Shown: piece by piece, positions 11,401 through 22,700 of the stretch
Numbering within the stretch: the stretch's first letter is position 1
Layout of the letters: every line of letters begins with the position of its first letter
Source of the DNA: Antedon mediterranea
Taxonomy: Eukaryota; Animalia; Echinodermata
NCBI RefSeq assembly: GCF_964355755.1
Contig: NC_092672.1
Span: forward strand, 26,728,437 to 26,792,436
Length of the DNA stretch: 64,000 nt
Reading direction: 5' to 3'
Translations under genes and position numbers: made by a program
Notes under the pieces: generated by a model
The model's database searches: none
What the model was told of the DNA's origin: nothing
What the model saw: only the letters and a program-made list of their open reading frames with translations

Positions 11401-14400
11401 CAATATTCCAAAGTAGTCCTTAATAGATGGATACATTTATTTAATTTAATATTGATGTATTTGTACTACACAAACAGATAAAAATAAAACTGACGAGTCA
11501 CTATAAATCAAGGAGCTCCATGTTGTTGTTATTGTCCTTCAAACACATACAAATTAATAAAATACAGTTTTCAATAGGCCATTTTGTAATTTTAATAAAG
11601 TTATAATCACTTCAGTAGAAGAAAAAAACATATATTTTCACTTATAAAAAGACAAAATAAATGGTTAAATTCAGCCAAAAAACCTTGAAGCCAATTTGAC
11701 TTTTTTTTTTATTGAAATTAAATTTTTTCAACTAAATTTTTTTTTTCTGATCCAATTTTTGGTCTAATTGAATATTAACTATATTATGTGAAATTAAAAT
11801 GGCATATTTTCAACAACAAATATTGTTTTTTGAGTGATACTATATCTTTAACAATTTACTTAAACATATATTTTGTTACAGCTTGGTATTCCATCAACAT
11901 TTGCAAGTGTTAACCTAGTCAAGAAGTTTGAAAGGGATGAGGCGAAATTAAGTGTTTCTGCAAAGTAAGTACAGTCAACTCTCCCAATAACGGACACACT
12001 TGGACTATGGTGGAATATGTCTGGTTTTCCAAAACATTTTGGTATTCTGAATGGTTTAAAACAAGAATTTGGGTCAAGATACTGTAGTTTCCAGTTTTTA
12101 AAGCTCTCTTTAAAAAAATGTGAACCTTTTATCTTGCATCAAATTATTTTTACCATTGCACTCATAAACATTCATTATTTGTATACTATTACAATACTGT
12201 ATGTATGTTTTATTCTTGAAAGGGCTGGAAGTTTTGGTGCTATGTTTGAATATGGTATTGAGAAGAAAATATCACAGCACAGTCGATTAGGGGCAAAGGT
12301 CACAGTAGGTGTACCTGTTGGAGTAGCAGTTAAAATAAAGTAAGTCACAAAACAATTAAGATTACATTTAAATGGTCGCACTCCGTCCCTCTCCAACTAA
12401 CCAATCATCTTTCAAAATAGATTTGCACCAATTTTTTTTTTTAATCCTTCTTAGATAGTTATGATTGCAAAATATATTTTTATATACACAGTATGTACCT
12501 TTTTCTAACTATTTCAAATTTGTTTTCTTTTCAGATTAAACCGAGCAAACCAAACGTTTGTTTTTCCAATTCATTTATCTCAGGAAATCGCACCGAATGC
12601 TATTTTCTACGGAACTGTTTTACCAATTGCTGTCTATTGGCTTGTAAAAGTCATTATTGTCAATCCATTCTTGGCGAAAATGAAAGAAGAGTAAGTAGTA
12701 AAGTTAATTTTCTACAGTTGTGCTATCCATGCCATCACCTCCATTCCAGGAAAGGCATATTTCCTTTATTTGTGAAAACTGTACAACTATTTATAAATCT
12801 ACCATCCATAACATAACATAATTTTTAATGTCTACAAAAAATGTGTAGCAAAATGTACTAAATCAAAGATGTTAGTCCTTACACAGGTGTAGTTAAATGT
12901 TGGAATATACAGTACTTTGGTCTTCCTCACCCAGTACTTTTTTCAGTTCAAAAAATTGAGGAAACCATGGGATTTAATACTTTCATTATTGACATTATCT
13001 AAGATAATAGTACTAGCCTGAAACGTTGTCTTCTATCTCTTCATAAACTAAAACAGACCAATTTATTTAGGACCGAATTCTGTGGTCAGTAATTCTTTTT
13101 GTTGCCATCTGGTCACAGAGAAGTCGTCATGAATTCACTTATTAGATGGTGCCTGTCTATTGGACGGGTAAACTGATGGGAATTTTATTTTATTTAGTAG
13201 TGTTACAATGCATGATCACTTGACCAATCAAAATTCATCTATAAAAATAATTGATGGTTTTATTGATAGTTTTATTGATATTTCAGAGATATACAAAAGA
13301 AAAGGGAGGAGAATGCTAGTACCTCAAACGAAAAGAAAAAAGAATCAGAAACTGAGGTAAATTAGTTTGAGTACTATACTCTTCTGTTATTAACTTGAAA
13401 ACTTATTGTATATTAAACAAGAAAAATTATTATTTTTATAATTCTGTCAGGTTCGTTTGATGACTGAAATTGTGAAAAGGATCATAGAAACGGAGCAAGC
13501 TGTGGGAGGTCTAATAATTATTCGTGCTTGGTATGGAAAGCTTTTAGTGGAAAATTCCATGACTGCTGGTGGAGAGAATAATGGAGTTCGTAGTGATGTC
13601 ATTGATGTTACAGTACCTTTGCAAAGCCAGGTGAAAGATTCCAGGTTAATTCTTACAGACGCATCAAAGGTTAGTAATATACATTATGCCATAACCTGAG
13701 GGTGGTCAAGGTTCATGGAATGTACCATTTTCTGGTAGGGATGTCCAATATGCCTTAACCAAAGACACTGTGGAGCTCTTCATTCAAACATGTTACCTCT
13801 AAAATGTCTCGAAACGAAATGCGTGTTGGTTGCTCTAAGGTTCTTGGAATGTACCATACCATTGTCTTATAGGGTATTTGAGTTGTAACACTCTTCACAG
13901 AGATTTAAAAATTCAATTTCGGTTTATCCATGTAAGTGGCACTTGCTCCAGGATTCTTGTAATTTACCATTGTCTGATAGTGTTGTTGAGGTAATGTGTA
14001 TTCCAGTTGTAACAATCCTTCACAGAGACAAGTAATTGAATGTTAGTTTATCCATGTAAGCATCCATCAACACCACTTCTGGTTTGTGTAGTTTTTGTTT
14101 CCGTGTTGTTTAATGTGTAATTCTTGTTATCAACTGAAGAATCATAGTTGAAAATGGAAGCTTGTAGACACACAATTGCAGAGAGCCTGGCCATTAAACT
14201 AATTACCATAGTGCAGTTTTTAGATGCAATATAAATAACAGTTATTGCATCCAATATAGGTTAAAACTTCACGTTATTCAACCACATTGTGGTACTATGA
14301 TGACAATGATAATTTATTGTTGTGTTTTTTAGATTAATCACCAGGGTAGTTGTTAAGAATGATCTTCAGCAGCAACATACACAAAGACTTTACCCACCAA

Positions 14401-15065
14401 TTCATTCCTAGGTCACTCAATCGGGTGTACATAAGAAGTTTATCGTGACATAATATAAGTGTGTTTTTAGCTTGATGTTTTTTTTTTAGTTAAATTCAGT
14501 TCAAATAATCATCTATTTTTTATGTTTTTTTATTTTAGGCTAGTTTACCAGGATTTTACAACCCTTGTTTGGGTGAGGAGTGTAGTCTAAGGGTGCTCTA
14601 CCGTTTCCATGACGTTCTTCATGAATGCACTATAGCAGACAACGAATCACTCAGGATACCTAAACAATGTAAGCTTATATTTATTGTCTTAATCAGTCTA
14701 ACAATTCACATATTGTGCATATTCAGAAGATTTACCATATATATTAAAATAGGGAAAACTAACAGTATGTATAATACTAATTATACAGACATTAAAAAAA
14801 ACTATATCTGCATTATTAATACCTAAATTGAATCAAACAATTTACTAATTTTATATACGAAAAGATCATAAAATACAGTACATAACAACAATGAAATATC
14901 AATTGCAGATCTCCACTTTTCTACACTTGCAGGTACTTTTCAAGCAGAGTGCTTATGGAAACTATAGTTTACTTTGTCCATACATTTCTATTCACTTTCA
15001 CTTTTTTTAAGTTTAGTAATATTTCCATTGTGTTCTTTTCAGCTCATCGGTTGGATCCAAGTTGA
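2479..15065 (+). CDS. DNAJC11: DnaJ homolog subfamily C member 11 (mitochondrial outer membrane J-protein), 15 coding exons
   Basis: Exons with GT-AG ends and consistent phase: 2479-2553, 3888-4017, 4715-4887, 7929-7996, 8687-8861, 10331-10398, 10731-10798, 11189-11313, 11882-11964, 12223-12339, 12535-12690, 13287-13356, 13451-13669, 14539-14668, 15043-15065. J-domain with HPD ([13 protein letters not shown]; [12 protein letters not shown]), [50 protein letters not shown] and C-terminal LRIPKQSHRLDPS* all match DNAJC11. Confidence 0.96.
3082..3862. mobile_element. Non-autonomous Mutator (MULE)-like DNA transposon / MITE
   Basis: ~145-bp near-perfect TIRs (CGCCGTGGCTAAAGATACGGTACCG... / ...CGGTACCGTATCTTTAGCCACGGCG) and a perfect 9-bp flanking duplication TTTATTTTA (3073-3081, 3863-3871). 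Confidence 0.88.
4930..5058. mobile_element. Partial copy of the short Harbinger-like MITE family (see 18082 and 57561)
   Basis: Shares the core TGTGATGTGCCCAAATATGGTAGTGATATG...GACATCATCATGTCC and a degenerate right TIR (GATAGTGTAGATGGAGTT). Confidence 0.7.
5289..7443. mobile_element. 2.15-kb non-autonomous TIR element with inverted subterminal arrays of ~17-18 bp units (CAAAGTCGCCCCATCG)
   Basis: Left array 5298-5497, reverse-complement array 7234-7433, terminal GGGATCCAGTCAAG / CTTGACTAGCATCC. Flanking 8-bp duplication CACCGGTA (5281-5288, 7444-7451). No recognisable transposase inside. Confidence 0.85.
8130..8310 (-). mobile_element. tRNA-derived SINE with Deu-like core, internally deleted
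   Basis: Minus strand: GGGAGTAAATGGCCGAGCGGTTAAG (A box) ... GTTCGAGCC (B box) ... TCTTCTCGGTTAAGGACTATAAACCATAGGT ... CCCCGGTGTACTGGC. Matches the copy at 60972-61313. The Deu-domain assignment is from recalled consensus, not a search. Confidence 0.65.
9391..10245 (+). mobile_element. Interspersed non-autonomous repeat, family X copy 1
   Basis: Reverse-complement similarity over its whole length to 45495-46450. A terminal fragment is also present at 31662-31797. Confidence 0.8.
13700..14060. repeat. Degenerate ~115-bp tandem repeat
   Basis: Recurrent AAGGTTC(A/T)TGGAATGTACCAT / GTTGTAACA..CTTCACAGAGA / TTTATCCATGTAAG blocks. Confidence 0.5.
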
Positions 15066-15204
15066 AAAAGGTGTATACAGCAACAATTGTAACTATTAAT
15101 ATTTTTAAAAATTAACCGTTGTATTAACATTAATAATTTGCAATGTTGACTATAAATGGCATTAATCTAAACCATCAAGGCTTCATCATACTGTACAACA
15201 GTTT

Positions 15205-15221
15205 AATAAAGAGATTTTATT
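15205..15221. promoter_or_regulatory. Back-to-back poly(A) signals for the convergent DNAJC11 (+, AATAAA 15205-15210) and adhesion GPCR (-, 15221-15216) genes
   Basis: AATAAA-GAGAT-TTTATT lies between the two stop codons (15065 and 15507). Confidence 0.5.
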
Positions 15222-15506
15222 ATTAAAGTTGTGTGTCTAAAATGAAGAAATATTGCTTGATTAATTACATAAGTTAAAATACTCTAAACTGCCCAGTCAT
15301 CATTCATAAATAAATAAATATGGAATGGTAAACTGGGCAAAATAGAAAAAATTGCTCAGACTCGGTCTGTATATCTATTTAAATCATTTTAAATGCAAAT
15401 ATCTTTGCTTTGCTATTTTTTCTAAAACTGTCTGAACTGCAAATATACATACACAGCATGCTACATGTTGGCCAATCACTTTTTTTAAATATCATATCTT
15501 TTAATC

Positions 15507-18500
15507 TTATTCAGCATTTACCGATCTTCTGTAATGTCTCCTAAGCGTTGACCTGACCTAGAAAAACAAAATAATTATTAAATTATACATAAAATTATAG
15601 TGTTAACCAAAAAATGTCTTCATAATTTCATATTTTTTAGTTTGGGCACTTCGTACTTATATTTGATCTTTTTGACCTGTTTTATGAGTTTTCATATTCA
15701 ACAATGTGTGAGATTATGTGGTGCAGTGAACTTTCGATCCCGATATCGGGAGTTCTTGTCCAATGCTTGTTGGATTGCTTGTATCCTTGGGAGAGACACT
15801 TCACTTACGTTTGCCTCTCTCCACCCAGGTGAAAACAAATTGTTACCTGGTAAGGTCATAACACGAATTGGCTGATCACTAGCTGCAACATTATGGAAGT
15901 ATGTTTTCTTACATGTAAAACACTTTGAGGCTTTGAACATTAAGTGCTATGTAAGAACGGCGTATTAAATAGTAGAAAGTGTCCTCAATTTTACACCCCT
16001 TCTGAATAACAAAACCTTTGTCAAACATCCCAATATAAACCAAACTAATTTAAATATAATAGCTGTTGTTGTGATCGGTCTGAATGTGAATTAAACTATG
16101 CTTACAATTCAGTTTCCCAAAATATTTTGTTCCATGAAACTGTGACTGTTATTCAGAAGCTGAATGTTTTTTAGAAAATGTTATCTTACCTCGCTACTGA
16201 AGAAACACTGAGACAACCAAATAAGAAAACCTTGTGTTGAGTTGAAAATAACAAAAATATATTCGATGACGTCAGAGAAATAAAGACTCAGAAGAATACC
16301 GAACATCCATGGAATTCCAACAACTGGAGCAAGGAGTAAAAGTCGAAAAAACAGTGACCTGAAAAAAAGTTGAATGGCATTGTGTTAATATTCATTTCAA
16401 TTATTCATTATTACTATCTTTTATCAAAACAGTAGTGGTGAGTTCCTTTAATATCAGAGGCCAAATTGTGTATGAAAGTTAGTTAGTACACACTGTTGTG
16501 GACAGACGAAATAGTGCAGCTAGAATTTCGAGCAGCACTGACATGGCGTGATCTTGGGGTAGAAGCACAGTTGATCGAAAAGTGCAATATCTACCAGTTC
16601 ACAGTACCTGGATATTACACTGCTATTTAAAAAAAAAATGAGGTACCTGGACAACCACTTGTATTTTAAATATTCATTAGGTCCCTGGGTAACCATTCAA
16701 GCGTTCATGGGGTACCTAGATAACCATTTGTATTGAAAGGCTTTATGAGGTACCTACTAGGTGACCAACTGCAGCCTATTGAAAGGTTCTTTGAGGCCGC
16801 ATCTGGATAAATAATTGTATTGAAAGTTTTTATGAGGTACCTGAATGACCATTGACATTTTTTAAAATGTTAATGGTCATTTAAAAATGTATATGAGGTC
16901 CCTGGATATTCATTCGACCCTTATGAGGTACATTGGTAAAACTCGTATTCCTCGTATTATCTTCACAACAAACCTGATTTGGTTTCCGTTGCTTAGTTCT
17001 TGCTGTGTTTTGTTTGGCGATTGTGATTTCATAAATGCTTCGTATCCAATGATAATTAGTTCCACTAAAACAATCTAATTAATGAACAAAATATTAACAT
17101 AATTTATGTTATAAATTATACCTACTTCTTTTTTGACCTTTTATGTTTTTGGCCCATACGTTATCTTCCTAAAATGTTATTTGCATGTTTTTATTTTGTG
17201 TATATATGGAGTCGTGGGTATTATAGGCCTACTACAGTCCGTCTTCATGATTTATTATGAACATTAACATAGAGATTTGAATAATTAACCATACATTATC
17301 AAACGAGTAGCGCGTTTCTAAAAAGCAGCGCTTTAATTTTACTACCAGCGACCATACCACTGTGTGGCTTAATTGAAAGCGTCGCGATAAATTTGAATAA
17401 ATTAGAAATGTTATTTTAATATTTAAAAAACAAGCTTTCTAAAAATGGCAAAGTTCAAATGAATGCTTAGAGTAGGTCTAGAATATAATGTTTTAATGAC
17501 GCCACAGGGCCTATCTACTGTATATTAGAACGCTTCTACTAATTTGAATAACAACATACTTCCCGCGGACTATGCAATGTACAATCGTCGCCTGCAATAA
17601 TGGGTATGGATTTCAACCGCAGAGAGTGAAAACCGCAAACTTAGCCTAAGACGTCTTAGGCCAATTGTTTGTAGAAAAACCATAACCTTTCGGATATAAC
17701 AAGCAATGAAAGCAAATTGCTTTCGAGAATATTATGATTAAGTTAACCTCTAAGTTAATAGACTTCTAAACATATTAAATCTTACTGTAAGGACAAATAT
17801 GGAAAGCCAAAATGGAAATGTTCAATGCCATAGAACATTAAGTATGTTTATCGATAGTGTTTCATTTTAAGAAAATAGAAAAAGAGTATTACCGAAACAA
17901 TGATGAAAATAAACGCTATTAATGTGAACATGGCTTCAGACTCCGGGTTGATCCAGCAACTGAAATAATGATATGGTATATTGAGAGGTTAAATTCAACA
18001 TTTCACTAAAAGAGTTAAAGCCCGTTTATACTACATACTATAACCAACGACAACAACTAGATAAATATATAATTTCTCTTAAGCTCTGTCTTCACTATCA
18101 AACTTGTTTGATAAAAAAAAGTGTGATGTGTCCAAATATAGTAGGCCTAGTGATATATCCAAATATGGTAATGATATGAAATCATCATGTCCATTGGCAC
18201 ATCAGATTTTGTTGTCACATAAAGTTTGATAGTGTAGACAGAGCTTTACATAAAACCAAAGAAAGTTTTCATCCTAAAACTGTAGGATAACCATTTATAC
18301 TTTAATGACGTCATAATATAATACTTAAATCGTTGTATCGCCATGATGTTATTGTTCTTAACTGGTCATGACGCTATCTTATTGGATTTGAAACTTTTTT
18401 GATTTGATCAAAAAAACAACATAAAAGGTTATCCTATCGTATTTGGATGAACATTTTTCTCATTTCTTTTGCTTTCAGTAGGAAAAAATGTATCTATCGT

Positions 18501-19736
18501 CGTAGTAGTCTTTTTACAGTATGACTATGATTCTTACTGTATCTCCACATATACTACAATATTTGCCCAGTATCATAGGAATATTTGGTAATACAGCATC
18601 TCATGTGTATCAAATAATGAGCCTGTATCATGTGAGGTGAAACACATGTGATGTTATATTAATACGAAATATTCCTGTGATACTGGAGAAATCTAAATAC
18701 AGACCGAGAATCGGGTGTATTGTGTCAAAGTGAATTGTAATTACATTCCAGGTGCGATGTAGTTGTCGCGTCTGATAATAATAGATATAGTAACGAATAC
18801 ACCGGGTGAAATCCAACCAACATATCGACTTATTCGATATCGCTTATAATGATTTAAAAATGGATGCTTGATCTTCAAGTAAATATCCGTTGAAAATATC
18901 AACATCCAAGTAAATGACGTCAGGATTGTGTAGTGTAAATATCCAGCTAGAATTGTACATATGACCTAGAAATAGAACCAAATACAATTTTTAAATCATT
19001 TTATTTTTTTAGGTCGCTTGAAAGTAATTGAAAACGAATCGCAAAAACTTGTTTAGAATATTTGGAGAAAACTCTGTTCGTCGTGTTTTGAGAAGTAGTT
19101 TGGGTGAAAAACCAGCAAAACCTCACCTTTGTATCTACAAGTTTTCTATTATCGATTCATGTGATACCGACCCAAAATAAATATGGTTAATGTTTGAAGC
19201 AATACCTCCAAAAACCTAATTTGAATATTTCTGAAAACTCTTGCGTTTATCGTGTTTTTCTAGAAATACTGTATTTTGGGTGAGATTCTCGGCCCTATAT
19301 CTGTCTATTTATAGTCGCGACTCTACAGCTCACTATGTCGGTCGGGTGGTCGGTAAACTCTATCTCAAATGTTTGCACGTAACTCCAGCCATGTTTAGTT
19401 TACATACACTGTAAGAAATGTCTGTAATTTTACGTTCACCGTAAATCAATCACTATAGTGATAATACGTGTCTTTCACGCGTGAGATCAAAGCCTAACCT
19501 ATCCATAAAGCCTGTTTTGCTGTCGACGTAACGTGACGGCGAGTTGTGTTGAGTTGCGTTCAATTGACCGGATTCAACGATTTCACAGGAAAAGGGGGTA
19601 AAAATCAACGTTAAAAACCATTGAAATCTGCAATCGTTAAAGTTGAACCGGCTCGATCATCGTTATTGTTATTTATTTTCAACTTTAACGATTTGAAAAC
19701 TCAACGCAACTCGCCGTAGCGTTACGTCGACAGGAT

Positions 19737-19770
<34 letters not shown>

Positions 19771-22700
19771 TTTCATCCCGGTAAGACTCACCTTACTACC
19801 TGTGTTTATTTCAATAAGTAAGAAAGAAATGTATGCGAACAATAAAGACGTGACTAAATGACGTAATATTTTAAATCGCTCTAAGTTTCTCAATTCCCTG
19901 CAAAATTAAAATAAAAGTCAGTTCATTATAGCAGATTTTTTGGTTTAAATCACTGTTAATTATAATTGAAAAAATATTAAAATTGTTAAAACAAATCTAT
20001 TATTATGTGATAATATTGCTATTTATGAGCGTCTATTGATCTAACATCATCAAAAGTTCTGTTGAAATGCGCAGAATCACGTAATGTGGTCTGCGCATTT
20101 CTGCTATATTTCTTAAACAGTCGATATTTAACGATTTTTCTGAAAAACAGGGATCATTTCGAAAATTGGTCAATTTTTTTTTATAAACTGGCATTGTGCA
20201 TGTTACCTCAATACATAAATGTATTGATATGTAGTCGATACAGTATTTTGCCATTTTTCCAAAAACAAGTCCCTGTACAGAGAGAAACATGCAGTCCATA
20301 GATTTTCCTATAAAAACGAGATACATACTCAAAACTACATATGATAACGAGTGTAATAGTGAGAAACACAATTGACGTAGAAAGTCCAATATATGTTAGG
20401 ATAGACAACGCAACCTTCTCATCATCCACCGTCTTCTGATGTATTCCATTGCCAAAAAAAAAGAAACAAACAAAAAACAAATATAAACAATTATATTAAA
20501 ATAAATGAAAATAGAAATATACCATCATTATCATCTGTTTGGCTATATTCGTCTTAGATTGACAAGTGTCAAATATGTTTTAAGGTTATGGACTTCTCAG
20601 CTTTATGATATTGTTATTCTCCATTGTATTGCCGAGTGCAATGTTTTGGCCGGCTTTACACATTATGAAGGATTTTGTGAGTAAAGTATGGCTGCAAACA
20701 GAGATATCTAGTGGATGATAGGCGTTTATTTATGTACATATCTAGAATAATGATAACGGAATTATAGATAATTACATATCAAGAAATCAAGCTTTTACTT
20801 AAACTTCCAATATGAAGTTTGAAGTGAATGTGAGAAATTTATTGACAACTGTTCAATAACAATAAAATAAAACTAAATTAGGGCATAAAATAATATAGAA
20901 ACTAACTGTTTTAGACAAACTATACGAGTAAATGATGATGAATGTTAGTTTAACTGAGTTCTCTAAGCCTGGTTTCCGTAAAATCGCTAGAATTTATCGG
21001 GGATCTAGTACGCGAGCGCTAAATATTCTTTGATACGCGTATACGATTCATCGCGCGCCGACACAATCGGCAAAGATGAACATGGTTGAACTTTGCCGAT
21101 TTTACTGCGATGAATCGGGGAGCCTTCGCGATTGCGTCGGCGACATCTGCGCGTGTAGCGATTTTAATGGAAACGCTGTAGCGATTTTAATGGAAACCAG
21201 GCTTAATTTAAATGGGAAAACAAGAAAGTAAACAATTAAAATAATTAATTATATAAATACATACGCGGACTTCCTAATAATATGACCTACCTTTTGAAGA
21301 ACCTTAGCAGGGACCATCAAAATCGAAAATGACGTCAGGTGAGAACAGGCGCAGACGAAACCGTCCGTAAGAAGCTCTCCATTAATTATGGTGACACACC
21401 CTTTGGTCGACCAATCACTTAACATTTAAAACACAAAATCTATGTTTATGATAAAGAAGATGAAATTGGGAAGACGGTAATGCTTGGTTCCCACTAGAGA
21501 CGCAAGGACGTAACGCAACGTAAAGCGTGCTTCCCACTAGCGACGCAACACAAAGACGTAACGCAACGCAAGTGAATTGACCAATCACAAGCGATGGCTT
21601 ATTCGCTTGTGATTGCTAACTGTCTATAACTTCGCTTGTCATTGGTTAAAACGCTTGCGTTGCGTGTGCGTCCTTGCGTTACGTTCTAGTGGGAACCAAG
21701 CTTATAGTAACATCATAATTTACTACTATTGCAGAAACTATTTTTAAAGTCAATTAACTTACGTGGCGTTAATTGAATCATTATCATCTTTAAAATGGCA
21801 CAGAAAATCTACAGAACTATTTTCGTAAGTGTCGGCTATTGTTTTCGTCATCAAAACAGACTGAATAAAAAAATGTGTAGGTTATTACTAGTGATGATAA
21901 AAATGGTTTCTTATGATGATGTTGATACATAGTTCATTTAGTATAGTAGTAGTAACTTTTATACACAGTTGAATAATGAGGATGTAGCGGTAAAGGTGAG
22001 GAAGATGTTGAAGATGATAAGAAGGAGGAAAATGAGGAAAAAGCAGGAACAAATTGTGAGAAAAATTTTTTTTTAAAGAATATGTATGGATACAGTTACA
22101 CTTTGATGGTGATATCTCAATTTAGGTAAAAACAGTAGTATTTCACTAATGTCAATGACTATACCAATGTCTTAAGAGGATGGATGGGGAAAAGAACAAA
22201 AAAAAAAGAAAGATAAAAAATAAACTAAAAAGAATAGTCGGAAGAAATAGTAAAATGAATAAAATAGAAAAAAGGGAAAAAACTAGACAAAAAATTAGAA
22301 AAGGAAAACAATTTGAAAATAGGAGGAACAATAAAAAAAGAAAAGTGAAAATATAAACAAACTAGAGGGTACTCCGAGAGTACAAACCTCCGCCTACTGT
22401 AAAATTCCCCTACATAAAATTCCCCCTGAATATTTTTTTAAACATTTTTTTTTATTAGTTCTAAGTGTAAATATGTTAACTGCACACTACAAAGTTGTGG
22501 GTGACAGTGTGGTGTAATGGTTATGTATCCAGCCTCTCACAGTTGAGATCGCTGGTTCAAGTCCCACTGAGGTTTTTTTTTATTATTATTTTTTTATTTG
22601 TTTTTTTTTTAGTTTTTTGTGGACCTTGATCTTTGACCCTGACCCTTCAAAATGTAACCACAATTATATGATGTCATTGATCATTGTGGCTAAGTTTGGC

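Noticed and set aside
17655-17747. VNLIIIFS... as continuation of TM5
   Set aside because: It runs into a stop or wrong phase. Exon 17074-16974 fits both phases and completes TM5/ICL3.
22505-22575. Functional tRNA gene
   Set aside because: The acceptor stem does not pair convincingly and it lies inside a repeat. Treated as tRNA-derived.
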